The position numbers and the translations under genes were made by a program. A stretch of 64,000 nt of DNA, taken from a virus (Duplodnaviria > Caudoviricetes). The DNA is taken from IMG/VR virus record IMGVR_UViG_2850949226_000003, positions 1 through 64,000 of that record, one strand, 5' to 3'. The notes beneath the pieces are model-generated. The model was given only the letters and a program-made list of their open reading frames with translations. It had not been told where the DNA came from and ran no database searches. Shown piece after piece: positions 36,808-47,000 of this stretch; position 1 is the stretch's first letter, and each line of letters begins with the position of its first letter.

Positions 36808-37857
36808 TTGTTGAGAAAGGATATTGACCTTTACGAATTTGCGAGCAAAAAAGCAAAAGAGTTAGAAAGATTGACTATAACGAAATATGAATTATCCGAA
36901 GATAAAGATCATATTGATGTTACTTATATTTTGGCATCTTCGGTCGAGAATGCGAATGGTGCTTTGATCACCAAAGAGGAAATGGAGTCGGCAAAAGATA
37001 GTATCATTCACCAACCTTTGATCATTGTTCCTGATTGGGATGATTTGCCGACAGGCCACAGTTTAGAGGAATTCCCTAAATTAAGTTGGGGAGCACTTAT
37101 CATTGGGACACACATTTCTTCGGATATCGTTCAGGATGGTGATATTTATCATTTAACGGCAAAAGCGAGGGTCTGGAAAATTAGATATCCAGAGGTTGCC
37201 GCAAACATCATCCGGCTTCACGAAGCAGGTACATTGAAGTTTTCAATGGAATCGCGCTATACAAGTCAAACGATAGAGGGGGCAACCAGGACATTACACG
37301 GAGTAAGATTTATCGGCTCTGCGGTTGTAGATGATCCTGCTAACCCGTTCAGTTACGCTTTGGAAGTAGCGCGCAAAGAAAAAACAAAGGAGGAAAAAGT
37401 CGTGAATTTCGAACAAGCTATGCAAAAACTCAAAGAACTTGATGCTGACGCATATTTAATTGTTAATAAAGAATTTACCACACTGAATGATCAAATCGGT
37501 GATAAAGAGAAATTGGAGACAGCATCTAATGAGTTGAAGAACTCTCTTAAAACAGCAAATGAAAAGATCGATGAACTTACGAATGAACTCAATTCCATGA
37601 AGGAAGAAAAGGCACAAACTGAACTTGCTCAAAAACAAGAAGCTCGCTTCAATGCTATTTCCGAGTTTATTGAGTTTGCAGAAGATGAAATTGAAAGCAA
37701 AAAAGAGGCTTTCGGGAAAATGGATGAAGACACTTTTGCTCTCGTTCTTGAAACAGCAAAACGCAATAAAAAAGAAAAGAAAGAAAGCAATGTAGAATTT
37801 GCTTCCGACACTAAATTAGAAGTGCAAAATGGTTTCTTAGATGGTCTTGGAGAATAA
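36808..37857 (+). CDS. Prohead protease / scaffold fusion
   Basis: RBS AAAGGAGGTG, TTG start; N.NG, H, FSMES and V.DPA protease motifs plus C-terminal coiled coil. Confidence 0.8.
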   Translation: MLRKDIDLYEFASKKAKELERLTITKYELSEDKDHIDVTYILASSVENANGALITKEEMESAKDSIIHQPLIIVPDWDDLPTGHSLEEFPKLSWGALIIGTHISSDIVQDGDIYHLTAKARVWKIRYPEVAANIIRLHEAGTLKFSMESRYTSQTIEGATRTLHGVRFIGSAVVDDPANPFSYALEVARKEKTKEEKVVNFEQAMQKLKELDADAYLIVNKEFTTLNDQIGDKEKLETASNELKNSLKTANEKIDELTNELNSMKEEKAQTELAQKQEARFNAISEFIEFAEDEIESKKEAFGKMDEDTFALVLETAKRNKKEKKESNVEFASDTKLEVQNGFLDGLGE

Positions 37858-37877
37858 TCAAAGGAGGATAAAAAACT

Positions 37878-38297
37878 ATGAACAAGGTTGCTTTTTACTA
37901 CAGAAAAGATTTAAACGTAACTAAGCACGGCGAATTTAAAGCCGCTGTCAACATGTTGCAAGGTGACGCGGTAAAACGTAATGATGTAACTGGACAGGCC
38001 GAGATCGCGGCTAATTCAGATGAATTTGAAGGTGTAGTTGATGTCATCCGTTACAACGTCCAAGGAAACGATACCCTGGATATCGAAGCAGGCGAACGGG
38101 TTCGTGTCGGCGTAGGTAAAGACTTTGAAATTGTAGTCAAAGGAAATCACCCTGCTCTTGATGCTTTAAATAAAGGAGCTGAAGTGGGTGTTGCGAACGG
38201 TAAATTTGTTGCAGTTGACGGAACCGATGTAACTGTTGCAGTCGGTAAATTGGTTGAAAAATTCATTTCCGGCGAAAAAGTTGTTCGCATTTATTAA
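37878..38297 (+). CDS. Putative head decoration/cement protein
   Basis: Small beta-rich ORF between the scaffold and capsid genes. Confidence 0.6.
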   Translation: MNKVAFYYRKDLNVTKHGEFKAAVNMLQGDAVKRNDVTGQAEIAANSDEFEGVVDVIRYNVQGNDTLDIEAGERVRVGVGKDFEIVVKGNHPALDALNKGAEVGVANGKFVAVDGTDVTVAVGKLVEKFISGEKVVRIY

Positions 38298-38326
38298 TTG
38301 ATAAAATAAAGGAGGATAAAAATACA

Positions 38327-39256
38327 ATGGCATATACCGTTGCACAACGTAAAAAATTCTTCGAGCTAGTTAAAAAATACGAAAATGCTTCTCGTTACAA
38401 CGCTGAAGCTCAAGACCTCTCCAATCGTATCCGCGAGATGGCTAAATCTCCGATGGGTCGTCATGAACTAGCTCAACTCATCACTGAAGACCTTGAAGAA
38501 GAAATGAAAGCTTATGATATTCGTCCACTGTTCTTCGGCGGTGTCAAAACCCGTGATCTAAACGAAAAAGTTGAATACAAAAGAAAAGGAAAGTTCCGCG
38601 CGTATCAGATTTCTCCAGGTGGTTACGTTCCTAAGTCCCGCATCTTCCAAGATGTAATGCAAGTGACTCCTGATGTATTCGCTGTTCGCCCTGCTTGCGA
38701 TTTGATTCAACTTGAGACTGGTAAAATTAGTGCTGTTCAAGAACTCCGCGATGGTGCTCGTGACGCTCTTTTAACAGAGTATAATCGTTACGTGTACAGT
38801 ATGTTAGAAACAGCTATTCCTGACGGACCAAAAAACACCGCTAACGTAACTTCTGAAGTTGATAAAGCTACTCTCGACGCGATGATTTATCACTTCTCTC
38901 AATATGGCCCCGTCTCCATCGTGGGTACTCACGCTAACTTGGGTCCTATTCTGGATTTCCAAGGTTACTCTGATGCTACGCTTCGAGACATCGAACGGAA
39001 TGGTTCCCTCGGAATTTACCGTGGCGCAAACCTTGTCAAATTAGACGAATATCTTGATGCAGATGATGAGCCAGTTATCAAGTCTGATAAGATTTTTATC
39101 ACAACCCAAAAAGCCGGTCATATTGATGACTTCGGTGAACTAGCAAATCGCGAAATCATCGATGAAGAACACGAAGAATTCTCTGTAAAGATTCAACGTA
39201 TGTGGGGATTAACTGTTCTTCATGGCGAAAAAATGGGTGTAATCAATATCGGATAA
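38327..39256 (+). CDS. Major capsid protein
   Basis: Position, strong RBS, biased codon use, terminator after; HK97-like size. Confidence 0.8.
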   Translation: MAYTVAQRKKFFELVKKYENASRYNAEAQDLSNRIREMAKSPMGRHELAQLITEDLEEEMKAYDIRPLFFGGVKTRDLNEKVEYKRKGKFRAYQISPGGYVPKSRIFQDVMQVTPDVFAVRPACDLIQLETGKISAVQELRDGARDALLTEYNRYVYSMLETAIPDGPKNTANVTSEVDKATLDAMIYHFSQYGPVSIVGTHANLGPILDFQGYSDATLRDIERNGSLGIYRGANLVKLDEYLDADDEPVIKSDKIFITTQKAGHIDDFGELANREIIDEEHEEFSVKIQRMWGLTVLHGEKMGVINIG

Positions 39257-39328
39257 TCTCTAACCAAAACGGGGAGTTTTTCTCCCCATTAGTTTTAAAA
39301 TAAAGTAATGAAAAGGAGAAGGTAAGGG

Positions 39329-39727
39329 ATGGAAGAGATTGCAAAGGTACTCATAAACAAAACTCCAGGAAGGATGACAATAAACTTCTTAGGAGCATTT
39401 CCTCAAAACAAATGGACCAATAAAGAAAACGGAAAAATCTATCTCACGGGGAAAGAGTGGGAATGGGTGCAAACTAATATTCCGCATGTTTTGGAGAAAG
39501 GTTTTCTTATTGAGGAAGGTTCAGTTACAAATGTTAAAACGAATAGTGATAAAGCAAAAGAATTTGAGAGCTTTTTCAAGCAACATGTAAACAAAGCAAA
39601 AGCTCAAATCGCTAAAATGGACGATCTTGATGAAATTAATGCCCTTATTGATTATGCTAACGATCATGAAATCGATAACAAAGCTGTTGATGCTTTAGTT
39701 GAACGGGCAAATGAACTAGGAGAATAA
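39329..39727 (+). CDS. Hypothetical virion-associated protein
   Basis: Position after the capsid gene. Confidence 0.6.
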   Translation: MEEIAKVLINKTPGRMTINFLGAFPQNKWTNKENGKIYLTGKEWEWVQTNIPHVLEKGFLIEEGSVTNVKTNSDKAKEFESFFKQHVNKAKAQIAKMDDLDEINALIDYANDHEIDNKAVDALVERANELGE

Positions 39728-39729
39728 TT

Positions 39730-40092
39730 GTGGCTATTAGTGAAGATATGTTAGTCATAGTTGATATTGTTAGGGGTAGATTGGATGACTTGGATGTAAA
39801 CGCTGTTGAATTTGATGACGATTATCTCGCAAAACACGTCCAAAACAATCTAGACGTATACGACTGGACATTGCCGTTGAAAAGAGGCCGAGACAGACAA
39901 TTGATCGCTGTAGAAGCGATGATCGATATCGTTATAGCGATAAAAGCTTGGGCTGACGGAGAATCTTATAGTTATAAAAATGATGCAATCCAAGTAACAC
40001 GGGGATTAATGAGTAAGCACTTCCAAGATACGATCAATCTTCTCAAAGAAGAACGAAATGAAATCATTGGATTGGACGGAGGGTTTGCGTGA
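39730..40092 (+). CDS. Putative head-tail adaptor
   Basis: VR..L.D......FDDDYL N-terminus typical of gp6/gp15-like adaptors. Confidence 0.55.
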   Translation: MAISEDMLVIVDIVRGRLDDLDVNAVEFDDDYLAKHVQNNLDVYDWTLPLKRGRDRQLIAVEAMIDIVIAIKAWADGESYSYKNDAIQVTRGLMSKHFQDTINLLKEERNEIIGLDGGFA

Positions 40093-40253
40093 TGGATCAG
40101 GATAAATTGAAATATTATTGGAAGTCCTTTGTCAGTTTGTTGGACTTCGTTGATTTAATAAAAGATCAACCGACTCTTAAAGCCAAATTGAAAACAAAAA
40201 TTTTAGACTTGGCCCACGAGGTTCAAGAGGAACTAAAATCGCTTGAAAAATAA
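40092..40253 (+). CDS. 53-aa hypothetical protein (not in the ORF track)
   Basis: TGATG overlap; MDQDKLKYYWKSFVSLL...SLEK. Confidence 0.6.
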   Translation: MDQDKLKYYWKSFVSLLDFVDLIKDQPTLKAKLKTKILDLAHEVQEELKSLEK

Positions 40254-40268
40254 AGGAGGAAAAAATAA

Positions 40269-41049
40269 ATGCCATTCACAGGACAAGAAGAAGTTTATAA
40301 TGGTTATAACCGAAAGTTGTTTTTCACAACCGGTTCTCCAACAGCTTTGCCAACTGATACATCTCCGTCTTATACTTGGACTGAATTGGGGTATGATGAT
40401 TCTTTTTCTTTTAACGAAAACGAAAACGAAGCACAAAAATACAATAAACGAGTGAAATCTCATAAGAAAAAAGGTCGTAAAGAATACACATTTGAAGTAT
40501 CACAACTTTATGCAGGTGTTGACGTTTCTATCTTCATGATGAAACAAAAAGAAGGTACCCTAAAGCAAGTGACTTATAACGACGCTGGAGAAATCGTCGA
40601 AGTGAACTACTTCCATAAAGCGTACATCAACTCTCCGCAATTCAACGGAGGTACAGATGACGGGGATGACACTGTATCAGCTTCAGGAGACTATTCTGAA
40701 CGTTATATGTACAATGGTGATAGTTCTTCGGCTGTTCTTCTTTATGCCACTGACGGCTCTCACGAGACACCCTAAAGCTCCCTCCGGCGTAACAGTTGGG
40801 ACCGTGACAGCGAATTCGATTTCATTGTCGTGGAACCCTGTTGCGTATAGGGAGGGCATTCAAAGTTATAAAGTGTATCGTGATGGTGTTTCTGTTGGAA
40901 CGACGAACGAAACAGCGTTCACGGATTCCGAATTGAGTCCGTCAACTCAATACAGTTATCAAGTGACTGCTGTGGGTAATGATGGCGCGGAAAGCCTCAA
41001 GAGCGCAGTTGTTACTGCTGAAACAAGCGCGGCAGATCAAACAACTTAA
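40269..41049 (+). CDS. Major tail protein (40269-40775) with an FN3 extension by +1 frameshift (to 41049)
   Basis: Ends ACA CCC TAA; +1 frame reads PKAPSGVTV...LSW...YKVYRDG...LSPSTQYSYQVTAV with no RBS of its own. Confidence 0.8.
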
Positions 41050-41065
41050 AAATAAATTTAGGGGG

Positions 41066-41090
41066 AAGGGCTATCGCTCTTCCTCTTTTT
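41066..41090 (+). terminator. Intrinsic terminator
   Basis: GGGGGAAGGGC-TATC-GCTCTTCCTC-TTTTT. Confidence 0.7.
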
Positions 41091-41116
41091 AAATTCCGTG
41101 GAAAGGACGATCGGGA

Positions 41117-41836
41117 ATGCTTACTTTAGTTCATGAAGATATCTACGTTTATATCGATAAGATCGAAGAACAAATTCAAAGCTTTTCAGGAACGTCAGAA
41201 TTCGTTCTGAGCAACATAGCGTATAAATCGATAGTTGATCAAGGGGTCATCGAAATAAACGCTACATCAGGCTCCTATACGTCTTTATCGCTATCCGATG
41301 GAACTGAAACATTATCGATCAATCAGCCTTTGTCAGCAGGAGACAAGGTTGTTATTGATTTAAGGGAGAGATTTTACACACTTAATGGCGCCCCATTCTT
41401 GTTAGATGGTTTTTTGGAGTTGGAAGATGATAAGGAAAACACACTAACTCTCTCTCTTACTGGTGCAGGCACCACAGAAGTTAAATACAAAAGGAACCAG
41501 GTTGTGGAGAACCAAATGGACCTTTATTTCTGTACTGGAATTGATATTTCCGATAACAGAGAGATTGTCAAAAGGACAAATGTCAAAGGTGAAACAAAGA
41601 TTTGTAAAACTGCGAAAAAAGAGTACCAATGGAGTATTAATGGTTTATGGAACGACACAGAAATACAAAAGTTCAATTCAAGTTCAGGTTTGTTTAGACT
41701 TCGATTGGTAGATGAAGATGGTGTGGAAATGGAAAAGCTCGCTAATTGTGTTATTTCGAGCTTTCAAAAGAACTCTTCCGATTCGGGAGACTATACTTAC
41801 ACCCTTAACGGAAACTGTGAAAAAATTTTTGATTAA
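41117..41836 (+). CDS. Tail protein: Dit-like beta domain fused to a tail-tube-like domain
   Basis: L.AGD.VVID...TLNG...FLEL....N.L at the N-terminus; C-half aligns by eye with the major tail protein (KKEYQWSINGLW vs RKEYTFEVSQLY). Confidence 0.55.
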   Translation: MLTLVHEDIYVYIDKIEEQIQSFSGTSEFVLSNIAYKSIVDQGVIEINATSGSYTSLSLSDGTETLSINQPLSAGDKVVIDLRERFYTLNGAPFLLDGFLELEDDKENTLTLSLTGAGTTEVKYKRNQVVENQMDLYFCTGIDISDNREIVKRTNVKGETKICKTAKKEYQWSINGLWNDTEIQKFNSSSGLFRLRLVDEDGVEMEKLANCVISSFQKNSSDSGDYTYTLNGNCEKIFD

Positions 41837-41845
41837 TTAGGAGGA

Positions 41846-42504
41846 ATGGTTATAATGGCGGGAAAAGTTATGAAGTTTGCTGAAAAGGTTAAAAAGATCA
41901 AAAGGACGGACACTGTACCCTTCACTACTGACGAAGGAGAAACAATTGAATTTAAGGTTGAATCAAGGTCCGAAAAACAAGTAGATGAAGTAAATACAAA
42001 ATACGAAGCGATGAAGCCGAAGGTACCGACAAAACGTTTGCCGGCCGCTGGAGGTAGATTCAAGATTGTTGAGGATCATGAAAACCCTGATTATAAAATT
42101 AAAATGGCCGAAGTTCAGAAACAAAACTTTGCTGAATTAGCCCTTTTATTCTTGGCTGAAGAAGAACGTCCTGAAGGTAATATCGATGAGCAATTGACTC
42201 AAATCATGGAAGTTGAATTAGCTGGATTTGTTCCTAAGATCGTTCAGCGAGGACTAGAAATTTCGGCTCTTATTGATGAAGAAGAAAACTATGAAGAGGA
42301 ACTTGAAGCGGCAAAAAACGACTAGCACCATCGGGGAAAATAGAAGAAGGTGTAACAGACGAATACATTCTTCTTGAATTATGTGAAAAGTATTCTATCG
42401 ATCCTTTGAGGATGGATGAAATACCCGATGAAATTAAAATATCAATGATCGCGAAATACCATCTCGAAGTTGAACATAAGAACAGGTTGAACAAAGAAGA
42501 TTAA
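41846..42504 (+). CDS. Tail assembly chaperone G (to 42325) / GT by -1 frameshift (to 42504)
   Basis: Slippery A AAA AAC at 42313-42319; -1 frame open for about 60 codons (RLAPSGK...LELCEKYSIDP...KED). Confidence 0.75.
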
Positions 42505-42542
42505 TATTGAACTACTAGGGTAGGGGTAGGCGCTTATTTAAT

Positions 42543-43040
42543 ATGCCTATCCCTATTTTTGTATCTAAAAGAGAAAGGAGTATCGAGATGCCTGGGTTAA
42601 GGAGAACCAAAACACCGTTAAGAAAGAGTCGTTTTAACAAAGCAATTGTGATGATAAACGATGTCATAAAAATGGCTGAAGAAGATGGTGACACAGTAAC
42701 TTTTGAATGGAAAGAAAGGGTCGGAGCCACATGGAACGAAACCTATGAAGTTTGGGAAGGCGGGGCAGTTACAACGGCCACTTATACCACAAAGGGGTTT
42801 GGTAAAGTGGTTGACTTCGCAGAGGACGAAATGGAGTACGAGTGGGGACGGGTAGCGGTAGGAGATTGCTTGATTCGCTTTCCGATCGATTTTGATATAG
42901 AGCAATTTAGTAATAAAGAAGAGTTAAGGTTCACGTACAAGGGACAACGGTGGAAACCTGATAACAAACTAGGTGTGGGAGATTGGCTGGAAAATCATCA
43001 AGTTTCTAAAATTCTCAAAGGGGTGAAGACTCTTGATTAA
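42543..43040 (+). CDS. Putative head closure protein
   Basis: Beta-rich; FTYKGQRW motif; start probably MPGL. Confidence 0.55.
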   Translation: MPIPIFVSKRERSIEMPGLRRTKTPLRKSRFNKAIVMINDVIKMAEEDGDTVTFEWKERVGATWNETYEVWEGGAVTTATYTTKGFGKVVDFAEDEMEYEWGRVAVGDCLIRFPIDFDIEQFSNKEELRFTYKGQRWKPDNKLGVGDWLENHQVSKILKGVKTLD

Positions 43041-43530
43041 AATGAACATCACCGGTTTGAACGAATTGAAAAAATTATCCGAAGACCTCAAGAAGCTCAA
43101 GCAACACGTAAATCGTCAAAGCCAATGGGCTGTTGAATCCCTATATAAAAGCACAACAACTATTTATGAAAGACACATATACGACTTAGTTTACGAAGAG
43201 TACGATCCAGTTGTATATGAAAGAACTTACCACCTTTTAGGGGGACATGGTGCAAAAGACGAAAAAATAAATCTCGCCGGACCGGTAAAAAGTTATGACT
43301 TCTCAATCGATGAGAATAGTCGCGATCCGGTAGACGGAACTACTTGGGGCCAAAAAGCGAACGCGATCGAACACGGCTCAACAGAAATGTATTTTAAACA
43401 CGACCAAACTCCATTTAACCGACCTTTTGTCCAGAAAACACAGGAAGCTCTTGAATGGGAAAACAAACGTACAGCGGACGCATTTGAACGCTCTGTAAAT
43501 GCGATCATCAATAGGATAACAAGGGGGTAA
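43033..43530 (+). CDS. Putative neck / tail completion protein (HK97 gp10-like)
   Basis: ITGLNEL, YERT..L, IEHG, RPF motifs. Confidence 0.65.
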   Translation: MIKMNITGLNELKKLSEDLKKLKQHVNRQSQWAVESLYKSTTTIYERHIYDLVYEEYDPVVYERTYHLLGGHGAKDEKINLAGPVKSYDFSIDENSRDPVDGTTWGQKANAIEHGSTEMYFKHDQTPFNRPFVQKTQEALEWENKRTADAFERSVNAIINRITRG

Positions 43531-43535
43531 TTGGG

Positions 43536-44000
43536 TTGGCTATTTTATTTGATCAACAAAAATATATCGAGTCTACAAAAGGGATCATTAAGGATTACCT
43601 AAAAAAAATGTTCCCCGACTACGATTTGCCATTAGCTCTTCCTGACCTTGCGGACGATAACTTGTCGTTAGAAAAACCAGTTGTTTACATCGAGTTTAAC
43701 AATTCCATGAATATTGACGGAAAGGCCGGTAGAACAACTGGCAGGGGAGGAAGGTTGAAAAGAAAGAGTTTGAGATTCAGCTTTCAAATCTTAACTACAG
43801 GAGAGAATAGCGCTGTCCTGGAGAGAGATCGAATATCACAAAAGTTAGAGTATGAATTTTCGAGAGAAATGAATATACAGCAATTGGCATCTGTGGGACT
43901 TAAAGATGTAGATATCAGGTACATCAATTCCTATAGGGTCAGGGAGGGTGTTCATTTGGCACGATTGGAGCTGTATACAACGATAAATTTGATGAATTAA
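43536..44000 (+). CDS. Putative tail terminator
   Basis: Position and size; P.VYIE...FQI pattern. Confidence 0.55.
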   Translation: MAILFDQQKYIESTKGIIKDYLKKMFPDYDLPLALPDLADDNLSLEKPVVYIEFNNSMNIDGKAGRTTGRGGRLKRKSLRFSFQILTTGENSAVLERDRISQKLEYEFSREMNIQQLASVGLKDVDIRYINSYRVREGVHLARLELYTTINLMN

Positions 44001-44012
44001 GGAGGGTAAAAA

Positions 44013-47000
44013 TTGTCCGAGAATAGAAGGATTGGCATTCATTTCGATGTAAATGGAGAAGAACTGCAAAAATTAGAGAGAGCCGTCAAGATAATGGACA
44101 ACTTTAATAAGCATGTCGCCACCTTACAAAAATCTGCTGGCTCCGTATCTGCGGCTTTCGATAGAATGACAAGGGCGCAAGAAAAAACATCTCAAAAACA
44201 ACAAAACTTATCTTCGATGTTAAAGAGTTTTGATAGTGCTCTAAAATCTCATCACTTCACTATTAATAACGTTCAAATGGCTCAAAACGCTTTGAGCAAG
44301 CGACTGGAGCAGTTCGGGCGGAATGTAAAAGTCACAATGGACGAGACAGGAAGATTCACGGCCACCCTCACGAATATGCGAAACCAAACTGTAAAAATGA
44401 GTGGAGGTTTTGATGTCGCTTCAGGGAAATTGACTAATTTAAAAAGAAGCGTGACGACAACGAATGATGCAGTTGATCAAATGAGAAGGAAAACAAAAGA
44501 AGCCGTTAGAGAAATGGAAAAGATGAGGGGAATTGATATATCCAACAGACTTCCTCAAGATAGAGCTTGGAATGTCCAGAAAGACGCATTGATCCAATAC
44601 GGACGAGTAATCCAAGGTTCGATTGACCGAAATAACAAATTTACACAAACGGTCGTAACCCAACAAGGTGAAGTTAAAAAGATAACGGGCTATTATAATC
44701 AAGCAAAGAGAGCCTTAGTGCAGTACAATGAACAGACTTCCAAAGCATCAAGGACTCAATTGAATCAGGCCGGTTTCACAAATGATGCTGTTCAAAGGAT
44801 CGGACTGATGTCGGATTCAATGAAGGGTTTGAATAAGTACACAATGTCGTGGAATGAAGCGATGGCGATTTCTGCGACTCGTATGATTCAGTGGGGTGCC
44901 GCAGGTACAGCTATTTTTGGCACTAAAAGAGCATTGACTGAAATGATGCACACAATTATTAAGTTGGACGAGCAGTTCACGGCCATCAATCGTGTAATCG
45001 ATTTAAGTGCTAAAGATATGGATCGTTTGTTCCAGGGTGCCATCAGAAATGCTAATACTTTAGGAATTCGTTTAACTGAAATTAATGAATCGATGATTGA
45101 ATTTGGACGTCAGGGTTTCGGCGCCGATGATATCGAAACGCTAGTTAAAGCTACAGGTTTATTAAAAAACGTTGCGGATATGGATATGACGCAAGCTTCA
45201 GAAAACATGACAGCATACTTGGCTACATTCCGAAAAGAAGTTGCAGATATCGGAAGTTATGTTGACAGGTTGAACGAAGTGGATAATAAATATGCCGTAT
45301 CAGTTGATCAGCTTTCTGAATCCGTCAGAAGAGCTGGCGGAACCGCAAATGCCTTCGGGGTATCAATCGATAATTTATTGGGGTATACAACTGCGGTGGC
45401 GGAAGCTACGCGTGAATCAGGCTCAATTATAGGGAACTCCTTCAAAACTATCTTTTCCCGTATTACGACCATTAAAGAAGCGGAAGATGCTCTTGATGCT
45501 GTCGGGGTTAGCATTCGCGATGTGGGCGGAGATATGAAATCTGTTGACCATATTTTAGCGGAGCTACACGGAAAATGGGACGGTTTATCTGATGCTGAAA
45601 GGCAACATATCGCCGTAACATTGGCGGGCCGGTACCAATTGAACCGTTTCTTAGTGCTAATGCAGAACTTTGACAAGGCAATGATGGCTTCGAAGACTGC
45701 AACGCAATCATGGGGGTCTGCTCAACGCGAGAACCAAAGATACATGGGGTCGTTAAGGGCAAATATTGAAAAATTGTGGACTTCTCTTCAATTGTTAGCT
45801 CATGCTGTTGGAGAAGCTGGATTGACGAAAGCGTTTGGCGCATTGCTTGCCATGACAACAACTATGGTAACTGGATTCACTAAAGTTGTTCAGACTTTAG
45901 ATGGTTTTACATTCGCCCTTCCAGTAGTAACAGCAGGGATTGTTGCATTAACTTATAATTTTATGAAATTGAAAGGTTCTACTGCCGCGCTTCAGGCCGG
46001 GCTTGTAACAGTTAACCCTACACTAACCGCACTCGGAACTCGAATGGGGATGTCAACCGCCACCGCTACCATCTTTGCCGGGGCTGTTGGGAAAGTAACA
46101 ATGGGGCTTCGCACGTTAGCGATGGCTACAGTTGCTAACCCTTTATTCTGGATTCCTGTTGCTATCAGTGGATTGATTGGTTTGATCGGTCATTTCGAGA
46201 ACGTTAAGAGAAGACAAGAAGATTTGAACAAATCAACGAAAGATGCCAAGAAAGAATACCAAGATTTCTTGGATGCAATTAACAATGGTACAGTTGACGC
46301 TTATCAGATCGAAAAATATAAAGAACAAATGACCATGCTTAAAGATCAACAAAAAGAGCTGAATAAGTACGCAAAAGAACATAGTTATGAGATGCAAATA
46401 CAGACATCTTATTACAGCACTATGGGCGTTAACGCCGCGAATTTAGCACTTTCTAAAGAAGAGTTAGTGTCTAAATACAAAGAGGAAACAAGTGCGATGA
46501 AAGCTCTTTCTGATGAAGAAGAAAATCTTATAGCCCAAATGGGGATCAAAATAACTAAAGACATGACAATCTCTGAATTGTCCAAGAAAATGTCAGAAAG
46601 GCATAAGGAATTGAGTTCTTCTGTAAAACAAGCTGAAAAAGCGATGGAAGAACAACGTTTAAAAGGAGTTTTACCGTCTGCGGATGCTTATTTCGAATTA
46701 GGGGAAGCGATTGACGATCAAGCTTCATCTATGGAAAACGCTATAGGTCTTACTGATAAGATCATGAACCAAATGAAAGAACAAAAGGCTTTGATTGAGT
46801 TATTATCAGGAGTCAAAAACAAAGATGCTGTACAAACGCAATTGCTTGATAATGCCTATGATTATTGGTCTTCAACCCTAGGGGTTTCTGAAGAAAAGCT
46901 TAAAAAGCATCCTGAACTTATGAATAAACAAATTAAAAAGAGTAAGGAATTACTCGACATAACCAAGAAATTGGCTGATGGAACGGCGTCAGCGGAAGAA

